Shown here one piece after another: positions 13,619-26,413 of a stretch of DNA of 64,000 nt. Made by a program: the position numbers and the translations under genes. The DNA is from Felis catus (taxonomy: Eukaryota): the NCBI RefSeq assembly GCF_018350175.1, contig NC_058369.1, positions 24,988,001-25,052,000 of the forward strand, read 5' to 3'. How positions within the stretch are numbered: the first letter of the stretch is position 1; each line of letters opens with the position of its first letter. The notes under the pieces are model-generated. The model was not told where the DNA came from. It ran no database searches and saw nothing but the letters and a program-made list of their open reading frames with translations.

Positions 13619-14449
13619 CACTAGGCGGCTGGGAAAGAAGCCTGCAGTTAGTTTTCATCCATCATTCAGTTATTGTGAGGACTGGTAAATACACATGAAG
13701 ATCTCTTCCCCAGAACAGAGGTGAGTATGTTCAGAAGAAAGTCAGTGTTTTAAGAAAGTTCAAGGTCTTCTCTGCAGTTCCATATTAACCAGTCACCATA
13801 TTCCTAGGAACAGAAATGGATATTCTTCTGTTTTTTTTTTTTTTCTGGACCCAACTTGAGCAATCTTTGGGTGAGCCTGGTGGCAGGGGATTCCCTAGCA
13901 GGAAAGAGGATTTGTGTCCAGGGTCAGAGAGGAGTCAGGAGGGCAAATATCTGTTGATGAGTCACTGGGGAATCAAGAACCCTGACACTCCTACTAAATC
14001 AGGAGGGTAATGATGGTTTTGGTCAAGTGGGGCCAATGGAGGCTATATGGCAAGAGTGTACCAACTAGAGGGCTAGGATCCAATAGGAATTTAAGAGGTG
14101 GGAAGAGGTCTGAGATGGACAAGAAGGCAACTCTTTTCATGCTGAGCTTGCAACTCTGGGTATTTTGCATCTGGTATTAGAAATTTTAAAAATCATAGAG
14201 AATGCTATGGGCAATATATAATAAATGCTGACATTCCTCCCATCCAGAATTAAGAATTATATTTTGTTAAATTTGCTTCCAGTACTTTTTTTTATATGCA
14301 AAAGAAATAAAACATTACTAGTATACCTAAATCTTCTTTCCTAACACCTCCAAACATAGAGCCACCATATCTTACCTAGAGCCACCCTAGTGGCAACTAC
14401 TATTATGGGTTAGGTGTATATCTTACCAGTCCACTTACCATGACAAAAA

Positions 14450-15020
14450 ATGTTTTATTGAGATAAAATTCATTATTTTTAACTGTTTTAAAACATACAA
14501 CTCAGTGCTGATTAGCGTATTTATAATATTATGTAACCATCACCACTATCTAATTCCAGAACATTTCTATCACTCACCCCCCAAATCTCCTCTCCTCTCC
14601 ATCCCTGGCAACCAGTAATCCTCTGTCTTTATGGCTTTGCCTGTGCCAGTCATTTCATAGAAATGAGATCGCAGTATGTGTGATCTTCCGTATCTGGCTT
14701 TTTGGACTTAGCATACTATTTGTAAGGTTTATCCGTGTTGGAGCATGCATCAGTATTCCTTCCCTTTTTTCTGGCTGAATAATATTCCAATGTTTGGATA
14801 CATTTTGTTTATCTATTCATCAGTTGATGGAACTTTGAGTTGTTTACGCTCTTTGGCTGTTATGAATAATGTTGCTATGAACATTTGTGTGCAAGTATTT
14901 GAGTCCATGGTTTCAATTCTTTTGGGTGTATACCTAAGAGTGAAATTACTGAGCCATATGGTAACTCCATATTTAACTTTGTTAGGAACCGTCAACTCCT
15001 TTCCACAGTGGCTGTACCAA
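14450..15020 (-). mobile_element. Old L1 (L1MB-like) ORF2-end/3'UTR fragment
   Basis: Minus-strand peptide ...CTQMFIATLFITAK...PSTDE (L1 ORF2 C-terminus) and L1MB-like 3'UTR. Confidence 0.8.
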
Positions 15021-15458
15021 TCCCTTTCAAATGTCCCTTCTCTGTAAAGACATCTTTCCTACTGTTCTTCTTTCTAATCTTAACCTCTAATAAACTTGTG
15101 CCCGCTGCTCAAAACAAAAACAAAAACAAACAAAAACAAACACAAAAACAAAAAACAAAAAACAAAACTAGAAGCAGGCTATATGTCCAAGAATAGTGGA
15201 TTAATTAAATAAAGGTAGGTCCCAGTTGAACAATTTGATATTATGTAGATATTAAAAGTAATAAGGTCCAGGTGTGTATGAACAAGAACAACGTTCACGT
15301 ATAAGAACAAGCAAGCCACAAAACACTATCTGCACATCATGTCCCCGTATTTGTGTGCATACATAATTATATATTTGCGAGAGCTGTATGTATGCCAAAA
15401 CATTAAGAGTCAAGTACAATCACGACAAAATAATCTTTGTTTTAAATTTGTCTTTATT

Positions 15459-18077
15459 ACCATAAAATACCTAGGAATAAACCTAACCAAAGATGTAAAA
15501 GATCTGTATGCTGAAAACTAGAGAATGCTTATGAAGGAAATTGAACAAGACACACACAAAAAAAATGGAAAAACATTCCATGCTCATGGATTGGAAGAAT
15601 AAATATTGTTAAAATGTCAATATTACCCAAAGCAACCTACACATTCAATGCAATCCCAATCACAATTGCACCAGCATTCTTCTCAAAGCTAAAACAAACA
15701 ATCCTAAAATTTATATGGAACCACAAAAGACCCTGAATAGCCAAAATAATATTGAAGAAGAAAACCAAAGTGGGAGGCATCACAGTCCCAGACTTTAGCC
15801 TTTATTACAAAGCTGTAATTATCAAGATAGTATGGTATTGGCACAAAAACAGACATATAGACCAATGGAATAGAATAAAGAACCCAGAATTGGACCGACA
15901 AGTGTATGGCCAACTAATCTTTGACAAAGCAGGAAAGAATATCTAATGGAAAAAAGACAGTCTCTTTAGCAAATGGTGCTGGGAGAACTGGACAGCAACA
16001 TACAGAAGAATGAAACTAGACCACTATCTTACACCATACACAAAAATAAACTCAAAATGGATGAAAGACCTAAATGTGAGACAGGAAACCATCAAAACCC
16101 TAGAGGAGAAAACAGGCAACCTCAGCCACAGCAATTTGAGTCTGTTACCTCAGCCACAGTAATTTCTTGCTCAACATCTCCAAAGGCAAGGGAATTAAAA
16201 GCAAAAATGAATTACTGGAACCTCATCAAGATAAAAAGCTTCTGCACTGCAAAGGAAGCAATCAACAAGATTAAAAGACAACTGACAGAATGGGAAAAGA
16301 TATTTGCAAATGATATATTGGATAGAGGGTTAGTATCCAAAATCTATAAAGAACTTAGCAAACTCAACACTCGAAAAGCAAATAATCCAGTGAAGAAATG
16401 GGTAGAAGACACGAATAGACACTTTTTTTAAAATATGAAATTTATTGTCAAATTGGTTTCCATACAACACCCAGTGCTCATCCCAACAGGTGCCCTCCTC
16501 AATGCCCATCACCCACTTTCCGCTCCCTCCCACCCCCCATCAACCCTCAGTTTATTCTCAGTTTTTAAGAGTCTCTTATGGTTTGCCTCCTTCCCTCTCT
16601 GTAACTTTTTTTTCTCCTTCCCCTCCCCCATGGTCTTCTGTTAAGTTTCTCAAGATCCACATAAGAGTGAAAGCATATGGTATCTGTCTTTCTCTGTATG
16701 ACTTATTTTACTTAGCATAACACTCTCCAGTTCCATCCACGTTGCTACAAAAGGCCATATTTCATCCTTTCTCATTGCCACGTAGTATTCCATTGTGTAT
16801 ATAAACCACAATTTCTTTATCTATTCATCAGTGGATGGACATTTAGGCTCTTTCCATAATTTGGCTATTGTTGAAAGTGCTGCTATAAACATTGGGGTCC
16901 AAGTGCCCCTATGCATCAGCACTCCTGTATCCCTTGGGTAAATTCTTAGCAGTGATATTTCTGGGTTGTAGGGAAGATCTATTTTTAATTTTTTGAGGAA
17001 CCTCCACACTGTTTTCCAGAGCGGCTGCACCAGTTTGCATTCCCACCAACAGTGCAAGAGGGTTCCTGCTTCTCCACATCCTCTCCAGCATCTATAGTCT
17101 CCTGATTTGTTCATTTTAGCCACTCTGACTGGCGTGAGGTGATATCAGTGTGGTTTTGATTTGTATTTCCCTGATGAGGAATGACGTTGAACATCTTTTC
17201 ATGGAACACTTCTTTCAAAGAAGACATCCAGATGGCCAACAGACACATGAAAAGATGCTTAACATCTCAACTCATCCTCAGGGAAATACAAATCAAAACC
17301 ACACTGAGGTACCACCTCACACTGGTCAGAGTGGCTAAAATGAATAACTCAGGAAACTACAGATACTGGCGAGGATGTGGAGAAATGGGAACCCTCTGCA
17401 CTGCTGGTGGGAATGCAAACTGGTGCAGCCACTCTGGAAAATAGTGTGGAGGTTTCTTAAAAAATTAAACATAGAAGTATCTTACGACCCAGCAATAGCA
17501 CTACTAGGAATTTATCCAAGGGATACAGGAGTGCTGATTCATAGGGGCACATGTACCCCAATGTTTATAGCAGTGCTATCAACAATTGCCAAATTATGGA
17601 AAGAGACTAAATGTCCATCAACTGATGAATGGATAAAGAAGATGTGGTTTATATATACAATGGAATACTATGTGGCAATGAGAAAGAATGAAATCATGCC
17701 ATTTGCAGCAACATGGATAGAACTGGAAGGTATTAGGCTGAGTGAAATAAGTCAGTCAGAGAAGGACAGATATCTATGTTTTCACTCATATGTGGATCTT
17801 GAGAAACTTAACAGAAGACCATGGGGAACAGAGAGGGGGGGAGGCAAACCATAAGAGACTCTTAAATATAGAGAACAAACTGAGGGTGGATGGGGGGGAT
17901 GGGGGAAAGGGGAAAATGGGTGATGGGCATTGAGGAGGGCACCTGTTGGGATGAGCACTGGGAGTTGTATGTAAGCGATGAACCACGGGAATCTACTCCA
18001 AAAACTAAGAGCACACTTTACACACTGTATGTTAGCCAATTTGACGACAAATTATATTAAAAAATAAAAAATAAAAA
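15459..18077 (+). mobile_element. 5'-truncated, disrupted carnivore/feline L1 (ORF2 C-terminal half, 3'UTR and A-tail)
   Basis: ORF2 peptides ([37 protein letters not shown]); 15-bp TSD aaatttgtctttatt at 15444-15458 and 18078-18092; stops and frameshifts. Confidence 0.95.
16429..17203 (-). mobile_element. Second feline L1 3' fragment (~775 bp) inserted antisense into the host L1
   Basis: Minus ORF ...[35 protein letters not shown]...; its 3'UTR end differs from the host's; imperfect TSD acactt(t/c)ttt. Confidence 0.9.
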
Positions 18078-19182
18078 AAATTTGTCTTTATTTTATAATT
18101 TTCTACAACATCCATGTAATACAACTATAATAAATAAAAATTTAAAAAGTAAGTGCATTAGAGTGCCTTTTCCCTAAAGACTAACAGTAGTGAATCCTTA
18201 GCTAAAAGTGTGTTGAATATAAATTCCCTAAGTTATCTATAGTTTTGTGTTTATGATTTTAACACCAGGCTTTCTCAAAACAGATGCATGCCCATATTTC
18301 ATGCATTAAGATGAAACAATTATAAGACACACTACATATTAAAGCCTTAATTCAGAGTAAAATGTAATTTGTTAATTGTTACTTCCACTTCCAAAGGTCT
18401 AAGCCACATGGAAAGACCATATTGCTCCCTTGAAAGAACTATTGAACTTTAGCAGAAAGGCTTAAACACAACCCCACTCCCCACTCTTTGCACAGACGGA
18501 AGGTGACCTACAAGGTCCAGCACACCCCAGGCCGGATGGCTAAAATGGGGCCCGATAAATTGCTCTGTGGCTGAGTCACCCTCAGTTTACTCTTGACCTC
18601 TGGGAAAAAGAGAATAAAGAAGCTGAGTCATGCATCTCTACAAGGACTTCCTGTGCTAGAAAGATTTCTCATACAGGGAAGAAACAACTTAACCCTTGGT
18701 TTCCTCAGTTTCCCCCAAAAGAGAAAAATTCCATCTCTTCAGAAAACTGCCGGTGTTTAGTGGGAGAGTTTCTGCAGCAACAATAACCTGTTGACACAGT
18801 TCAGCAGGCGAAGGTATCACGTTTACCTCTGATTCATGCAAGCCATTTTATCACTTTTCCTTGCCTCCACCCCTTATCTTGCAATCCCCCATTCCTGAAA
18901 GTCAACTCCTTATGACTGCATAAAGTTTGCAATTGTAGGAAGAAACTGGTTGAAAAACAGATGCTTGTTTTTGATCAGTAGTTGATAAAAAAAAAAAAAA
19001 ACAAACAAAACAAAAAACCAAAAAAAATTCTAATGGAATAAAAGCCATCTATTCCCTTTAGGGAAAGTAGTTTTCTTTAGAATGGGATTTTTTAGGATTC
19101 CTTTATATCTTCTTTGTGCACTGAAATGTTACACTAACTTCAGTCTATTACTATTTGGAGGGGGGAGGAGGAGATAGCTGAC

Positions 19183-19203
19183 TTTTTTTTTTTTTAAGTT
19201 TGT

Positions 19204-19260
<57 letters not shown>

Positions 19261-19268
19261 AGGGGAGG

Positions 19269-19312
<44 letters not shown>

Positions 19313-19437
19313 CCCAAGCAGGCTCCACACTGTCAGTGCAGAGCCTGATGTGGAGCTCGAACCCATGAACCGTAAGATCATGACCTGAGCCAAAATCAAG
19401 AGTTGGAGGCTTACCCGACTGAGCCAACGGGCGCCCC
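19183..19437 (-). mobile_element. Can-SINE with two expanded (GA)n tracts
   Basis: SINE head/body with long (GA)n runs. Confidence 0.9.
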
Positions 19438-20001
19438 CACATTTTTAATTAAAAGAGTTGTGAAACATTATAAATCTCACCATGGGATTGCTCTAATGAA
19501 CTGTGTCACACGTTCATTTATTGATTCACTTCATTCAGTGACTCCTGTATTCAATGATTCATTCACACACTCACCCAGAGTCCTTACGTGGGCCTGACAC
19601 AATCCTGTGCCTAGGGAGGCAGACAGGATTTCAACCCCATTCCCTGCTTGCTGCGATTTTTTTCTTCTTCTTGTTTTGTCCTATTCTGAATGATCCACAC
19701 CAGTTCTGAAGATACTGATGAGACGACCAGATGAGACAAAGACATTATGTAAGGGCCAACAATTAGACTGTATTGCATGGTTTTTATTTCACTCTCTCCC
19801 CAATGGCCCATCTTCCGAATATTCGACATGAACTCATGCTTTCAGAGCTGCAGAGTCTGCAGAAAGTATGCTTTATTTGATAAACAAATGGTTTCCTAAA
19901 GAAAGTGAAGAGTCAGGGTCATAATCAGAAGGTTCAGAAAGTTTATTTTGAGCTTTTGAAAAGACTAGCACTAAATTATTGATTAAAAAGAACAGTGATG
20001 T

Positions 20002-20220
20002 GGGGCACCTGGGTGGCTCAGTCGGTTAAGCGTCCAACTTTGGCTCAGGTCATGATCTCACGGCTCGTGAGTTTGAGCCCCGCGTCGGGCTCTGTGCTGA
20101 CAGCTCAGAGCCTGGAGCCTGTTTCAGATTCAGTGTCTCCCTCTCTCTCTCTGACCCTCCCCCATTCATGCTCTGTCTCTCTCTGTCTCAAGTAAATAAA
20201 CGTTAAAAAAAATTAAAAAA
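20002..20220 (+). mobile_element. Can-SINE
   Basis: TSD aaaaagaacagtgatg (19985-20000 and 20221-20236). Confidence 0.92.
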
Positions 20221-20236
20221 AAAAAGAACAGTGATG

Positions 20237-20530
20237 AAATGGGTGAAGGAGAGTGAGAGATGCAGGCTTGTAGTTACAGAATGAACAAGTCACAGGCATA
20301 AAAGGTACAGCATAGGGAATATAGTCAATGCTACTGTCATTGTGTTGTGAGGTGACAGGTGGTAGCTACACTGTGGTGAGCTCAGCAGACTTTACAGACT
20401 TGTTGAATCACAGTGTGGCACACTTGATTGATGTATACACTTGATGTGACACGGTGGGCCAACTATATTTCAGAAAAATAAATAAATATTTAAAAATTAA
20501 AAATTAAATTTTTTAAAATTAAAAATTAAA
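20237..20530 (+). mobile_element. Carnivore L1 extreme 3' fragment with A-rich tail
   Basis: aaatgggtgaagg...gtacagcatagggaatatagtcaat...caactatatttcagaaaaataaataaa. Confidence 0.75.
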
Positions 20531-20628
20531 AAAAAACAATGGTGATGCCCAGAGCCAGAAAATGGTCTAATTAAGAGACTTTATTCAAAAGGAAGGGAAG
20601 GAAGCAAGCAAAGAATTCGTTTTCCTAC

Positions 20629-20731
20629 TCTGCTACCATAGAAGAGCACAACCCACTGAATTCCTGGGGAATCAAACCCTTGCCTCCTGGTCCAGCATTA
20701 GTGCCACAATCCCGCCAGCCGAGCCAACTGG
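20629..20731 (-). mobile_element. Degenerate ancient tRNA(Ile)-derived SINE (MamSINE1-like)
   Basis: Minus strand ccagttggctcggctgg...gcactaatg...gggtttgattcccc resembles a tRNA-Ile head with A/B boxes; not a functional tRNA. Confidence 0.45.
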
Positions 20732-22534
20732 AATTGACCACTCAGTGGAATTAGTCTTCCACTTTTAGTTGGCTAGAAAAGTTGCCAAGAAGTTTTGCCT
20801 AACAGTCCACCGAGCAGGAAACATGAGGATGGTCCCACAATCACCAATGGGAATTGAAGAGGATGACTGTTCATTAAAGAGACTATATCATGAAGTTATT
20901 TGAAGCTGCAGGGCAAGGAAATGCTGCGGGGGGAGTGGGGGCAGAGCCTGTTGGAGCCTGCCCCTCGTAAACCCTGAGTTCCAAGGCCATCACCCCCAGC
21001 AGATGAAGTCACAACGAATTGCAACAGGTCTTGGCAAACAGTTTCCTCCTAGGAGTCAGTAAGTCACCTGAAAAGGCTTAGTTCTATCTGTCTGAATTTA
21101 CCTCAGTGCGAACACACTGCCAGAATGGTCCAGGTGGGGCTGTTTCCTTTGCTACTGTGCGAACAGTCACTCAAACAACTTTACTCTAGAACCTCAGGCT
21201 GTAGCTTCCTTCAGCAGGTGGAAAAGCTCATATTTCTAATGATCTGCTAGATGTGGAAATGGCCATCAAGATGCATTAACGTGTGTATTCTTGCTCAATA
21301 ATTTCACTCCTGGGAAGCCAGCCTATTGAATGTGTGCAAAAGTATAGCTACAAGACCATTTATCACAGAACTATTTATATTTTTGAAAGCTGAAACAACT
21401 TAAATATCATTCTATATGTGCTAAATATGGCCATAAAATGCAATATTATGTAGTCTTTCAAAATAATGACATAGAAAATAAACTTATCTATATTTCCAAT
21501 TTTTCTATAATAAATATTATTGTAAAGCATGTAAAAAAACACCATGGGGAGAAATAACTTAAAATTTCACATAGGTTAATGTTTACAGAGTTAAAATGAA
21601 AATTTAAATACACTGGAAGAATATAATACTAGGGTGAGCTTTGTTTTGTTTTGTTTTTGTAAAAATCTCTATATAAGACAGATATTCATTCCCATATTAT
21701 TAAAACCTGGATTCTATTAGTTAAATTATCATTAACCTTTGCATTGTTACTTATCAAAATCTGGTCAAAAACTGGAAAATAAGATAATAAAAAGGCTTTC
21801 TGAGAAAATGTCATAAAACCCACAGACTGATATAGCCCATGAACCTCATTTACATTTAGTTTTCCTTTCGTAGTTCTAAGAAGCCCTATTACATGGTTGC
21901 CATATCTGAACAGGTTAGCAGCTGAGGTGTAGATGTGAGAAGGTCCGCCACAGACAAAAAACGCTGACGGCAGAGAAGAATTAACAGCTGGCAGCTTAGT
22001 AATGTGAGAAGATTAGAAAAACTGTGGCAAGCTGACCTGAGGACTTAAAAAGGCACAGATTCCTGGAGCCAAACCACCCTGAAACATCAAGAGGCCAATG
22101 CAGTATAGCAAAGCATAGTGACTAATGCTCATCCAAAAGTGGCAAATGATAGTTTGTATAATCTGTCTCAAAGAGAACATAGTATCTATTATTATAATGA
22201 GATAAATGTGTGTAGCTGCATATATACAGTTTAAAAGCAGGATTTTATATACATCTATCTATTGGCGCATGTATAGGTGTTATGTACATAACTTAGTTGT
22301 TTTTGTTTTTAATTTTTTAAAGAAGAATGTGCAGTGAAATCCAAATAGACTATAGTTTCATTAGTAGTACTGTATCAATATGACTTTCTTGATTTTGACA
22401 AATGTGGTTATGTCAGATATTAACATTAAGGGAAACTTAGTGAAGGGTTTATAGGAACTCTACTAGATCTGCAACCTTTCTGTAAATCTAAAATTATTCC
22501 AAAATGAAATTTTACTTAACATATAGAAAAACAA

Positions 22535-22745
22535 GGGGCACCTGGGTGGCTTAGTCTGTTGCGTGCCCAGCTCTTGGCTTTGGCTCAGGTCATGATGTCA
22601 TAGTTCATGAGTTTGAGCCCCACATCGGGCTCTGCCCTGTCAGTGCAGAGTCTGCTTGGGATTCTCTCCCTCTCTGCCCCTTCCTCCCTCATGCGCTCTG
22701 TTTCTCCCTCTCTCAAAATAAATAAACTTAAAAAAATTAAAAAGT
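22535..22745 (+). mobile_element. Can-SINE following an L1MC-like fragment (~22320-22520)
   Basis: ggggcacctgggtggc head, (CT)n, A-tail. Confidence 0.9.
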
Positions 22746-25362
22746 ATATAGAACAAAACAAAGAATAAAAGCTTGGTTATTTAAACATATTTTCTACCCC
22801 ATGCACCCTCTCCCAACATCTCAAGGGTCTTAGTAGCTAAGGTCTTACTGATTGCATCTGCTCGGATCAATGCACCATTGCAAGGACTCTTTGAGTCTAG
22901 AGCACTACCTTCCTTTAGAATGTGACAGCTCATAGCACAATATCATGATTATCCCTTCACCACCCTGGGAAAAGGAGTGATCTCCTGTAACAGAGTAGTA
23001 AGAAAGTGGGACTGGTCTCCAGGTTTGCAAAATCTGGAAAGAAAGGATCCCAGTATTCTCAGGACCGGAAGTGCTTCATCTGACAGGAAGCCCCATGAGG
23101 ATGACCTCAACCACCAGATCCCAGGCATTATCTCATCTTGGCAGTGTGTCATCCACTGCATTTTGCCTCCAGTTGCTAAGAGGAAATGGGGAAATGAGAT
23201 GTAGCTCCAGTAGCCCACCTTGTTGTTGGGTAAATATTTTTAGCACTTTGAGGCAACGAGGGTACTTTTTAAGACCATCCTAGACATTCTGCAAAGGAGA
23301 GATGGAGACTTTCTCTGCGACACTCTAATGAAAATCCCATGCTGTGCCTTGGAGCCAGCCAACAATGGTCAGCAACAGGAAAAAACACTCTACTTTAGGG
23401 GGCCGTAAATATTTACCATGTCTGACAGTGTATTTACTACTAACTCAGTGATGGCGGAAAACAAATGTTCTAGGACAAGACATGTTCTGTGTTCCTACAG
23501 GTTCATAGTTTCAAAGCTGGAAAGGAGCAGAGATGTCATCCAGTTCACACATTTTAGAGACTAGAAGGGTGAGGCTGCAAGTATGTTCCCATCAAACGTC
23601 TCCTTTTTAAAGTATCTCTATTACAGCACACATCCCCTGAAGCACAGTTCATTGTTTATTCATTTGTTTCTCTCATGAGATTAGAAGTGTGTGTTTGCTG
23701 AGGGACTTAGCACAGCAAGCATCATAAGCAGTCAATAAAAGTTTGAGACATCAGGCTGGAAACTCAGCTCTGCCCTGACTCATGTTCCCAGGAATCTTTT
23801 TACTGCACCTAATTTTAAAACTGAGAAGACAAATCTTACTCCTGAAAAGCTGAAACTGCAGCCAGGAGTATGTTGGAAATTCACTTGCAGATATATTATA
23901 AAATTAATACTATCTATTCAAAAATTTCAAAAATTATTCTTTCACTCATTTCATCAGATAAAGGCTAAAATGCTTTCTTTCTTTAAGTTAAGAATCTAGG
24001 ATATTGCTTAATTGAATTTCATGGGTTGGAAGATTTACTGAGATAGAAAAGGTGTTCAAAAACAGTAAGATGGAAACAGAAAGGTTCCTGTTATTAACGT
24101 ACACACAGCTACACGATGCCAAAGAAACCCTTTAGCCCCAGAATCTATCTACCTGACCTTAAGAATGCTTAAATTAGCACTGCAGGGAGCAAAAGTGCTG
24201 AAAACCTTTCTCTTGGTCTCCAATACATGAGTACCTCCAGGTCCTCATCTGAACTAACCAAGTTCAGGGTAAAACAAAATGGCAAATTAAGACCCCTAGA
24301 TACGTCCACTTGGCATCTTTATTGCAAGAGTGAGAAGGATGGACCTGGCTTGAATCTTTGCCTATGACAGCAACACTAGGGAAATCTCAGTCACCTCCAC
24401 CAGCTAATCAGGCAGAAACTCTAAAGAAGCGACAAAGAAAACTTGGGAGTGTCCTAATGGGTAGGCTTCCTGAACCAAATCACTTTTAAGCAACAAAGCA
24501 CTCCAGTTTGTTCTGTTATGTGAGATCTTTGAAGGCCTCCACTGAGGCACAACTTACCCAATTAGCTGCCATCACCTCTGCCTGGCTCCCACTCTCCCAC
24601 TTTCTCCATCAAGGCAGTCACTTAAAAGCCAAGTAGCGAGGAAACTTCACTCTTCTAAGTATAAAGTTAAGTAGCAAGCACTAGAACCTGAGCAGATGTA
24701 TTTGATACAAAATTTAAACATAAGCACCCACAATCTGATGAGATGTTGCTAAGGCTTTAGTTACATAGTTTCATACTAGAGACTTCACCCCCACAAAGAC
24801 CATTTAATTAGAAAAATTCTTGGGTATGATTCTGTGCATTTCAGAATAGCTATGTAATCACTTTGATTCTGTGTTTTGCCTTTTTCAGCCATCAGATTGA
24901 TTTGAAATAGGTAATTCCATGAATTATAGCCAAAATGTTAATTTAAAAAGGACTCAAAGGCAACAGATTAGTGGAACAGCCCCCCTCATACACACATGCA
25001 AATTTCTAAAACAAGAAATTGAGCACTGAACCATCACCAAAGAATGGCAGAATCTTTTACAGATGTTATATTTAATCAATATCTTGGCATTTGTTTATTA
25101 CTTGCAAGGACTTTTTTTTTTTTTTTTGCTAATAATTTGTAAGCACTACATCTTATGTTTTATAGACATTAGTTTAGGTAATCCTTACAATTGCCCTACA
25201 AGGTAGGAACCACTAATAAGCCTTCTTGGAGGTGAGGAAGCTGAGGCTAAGAAGGTTAAGTCCCCAGGCTAAGAAGTTAGTTGAGGAGGTAATATTTGAA
25301 TCCAGGTCCTCACCAAAGCTCATCCCACTTCTGACAATGTTTCCCTAAACATGGCCCATGTG

Positions 25363-26154
25363 TTTCCCTCCAGAGATTTTTCAGTCAGCTGGGGCTTTGA
25401 CATCTGGTGCTTGTCTGAACAGTGTGCTTGCTCAGGCGGCAATGATGGCCACCCTAGGGAGAGTTCTGTGATGAGCCATGTTTGGGTACCTAATAGTGGT
25501 ACCTAAACATGGTACCACTATTACAACGTGAGATTTTAAGATACACATTGTATATACATTTTTGCTTTAACAGTTATATATGTGTTTATTTTAATGCGGG
25601 TTAGGAAAAAAAAATGACTCAAGCAGCAGATAGAACTTGGATCTTATTGCTGAGGACCTGGCTAATTTAGCATCAGCTGCATACTTTGCAAGGGCTAGAA
25701 AAATAGTCAAGAATTTTCATGCTATTTCTTTTAAGGAATTAAGTGGCCTGGCCCACCAAGGGATGGAGTCTCATTAGATTGGCACCCAACTGACTTAATA
25801 AGCCTGGACATTAAGTGATTCCTAGCAGATACCTAGAGTTCAATGCTTTTAGCTTTCAAAGAAGAGTTTCTATTTCTTACCCCTTTCTTGTCCATCAGCT
25901 AACCTCCTTACCTCTCCCTACCCCCAACACACATACTTATCTGGCCCTGGGAGATTGCCCAACATAAGGTGAAGTGATTGAGAGCAGAGATATCTAGAAG
26001 GAAACAGACCTGCTCAGTCATTCTTCTGTCCCAAACATGGCTCATCACAGAACTCTCCCTAGGGTGGCCATCATTGCCTCCTGAGCAAGCACACTGTTCA
26101 GACAAGCACCAGATGTCAAAGCCCCAGCTGAGGGAAAAAATCTCTGGAGGGAAA
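25363..26154. repeat. Inverted repeat of unique sequence: 25363-25486 versus 26030-26154
   Basis: Direct reverse-complement comparison of the 124/125-nt arms shows 3 substitutions and 1 indel. Confidence 0.95.
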
Positions 26155-26199
26155 AGTCTTCTTGGTTATGTAGTATCCTTAGTCTGACTCTGTGTTCTG

Positions 26200-26413
26200 T
26201 TTTTGTTTTGTTTATTTGTTTAGAGAGAGAGTGTGTGTGCGCGCCCTCATGCCTTGCACCGGGGTGGGGGAGGGGCAGAGAATCCCAAGCAGCCTCCATG
26301 CTTCATGCTCAGTGCAGATCCTGACTTGGGGCTCGACTCTACGATCCTGGGATCATGACCTGAGCTGAAATCAAGAGACAAACGCTCAACAGACAGAGCT
26401 ACCCAGGCGCCCC
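26200..26413 (-). mobile_element. Can-SINE
   Basis: SINE head and body on the minus strand. Confidence 0.88.

Noticed and set aside
15704..17854. ORFs with reverse-transcriptase/ORF2-like peptides as functional genes
   Set aside because: They are fragments of 5'-truncated L1s broken by stops, frameshifts and a nested insertion
19995..20195. Recurrent 'WVAQSVKRPTLAQVMISR...' ORF family, many copies across the window
   Set aside because: These are translations of Can-SINE bodies, not a protein family
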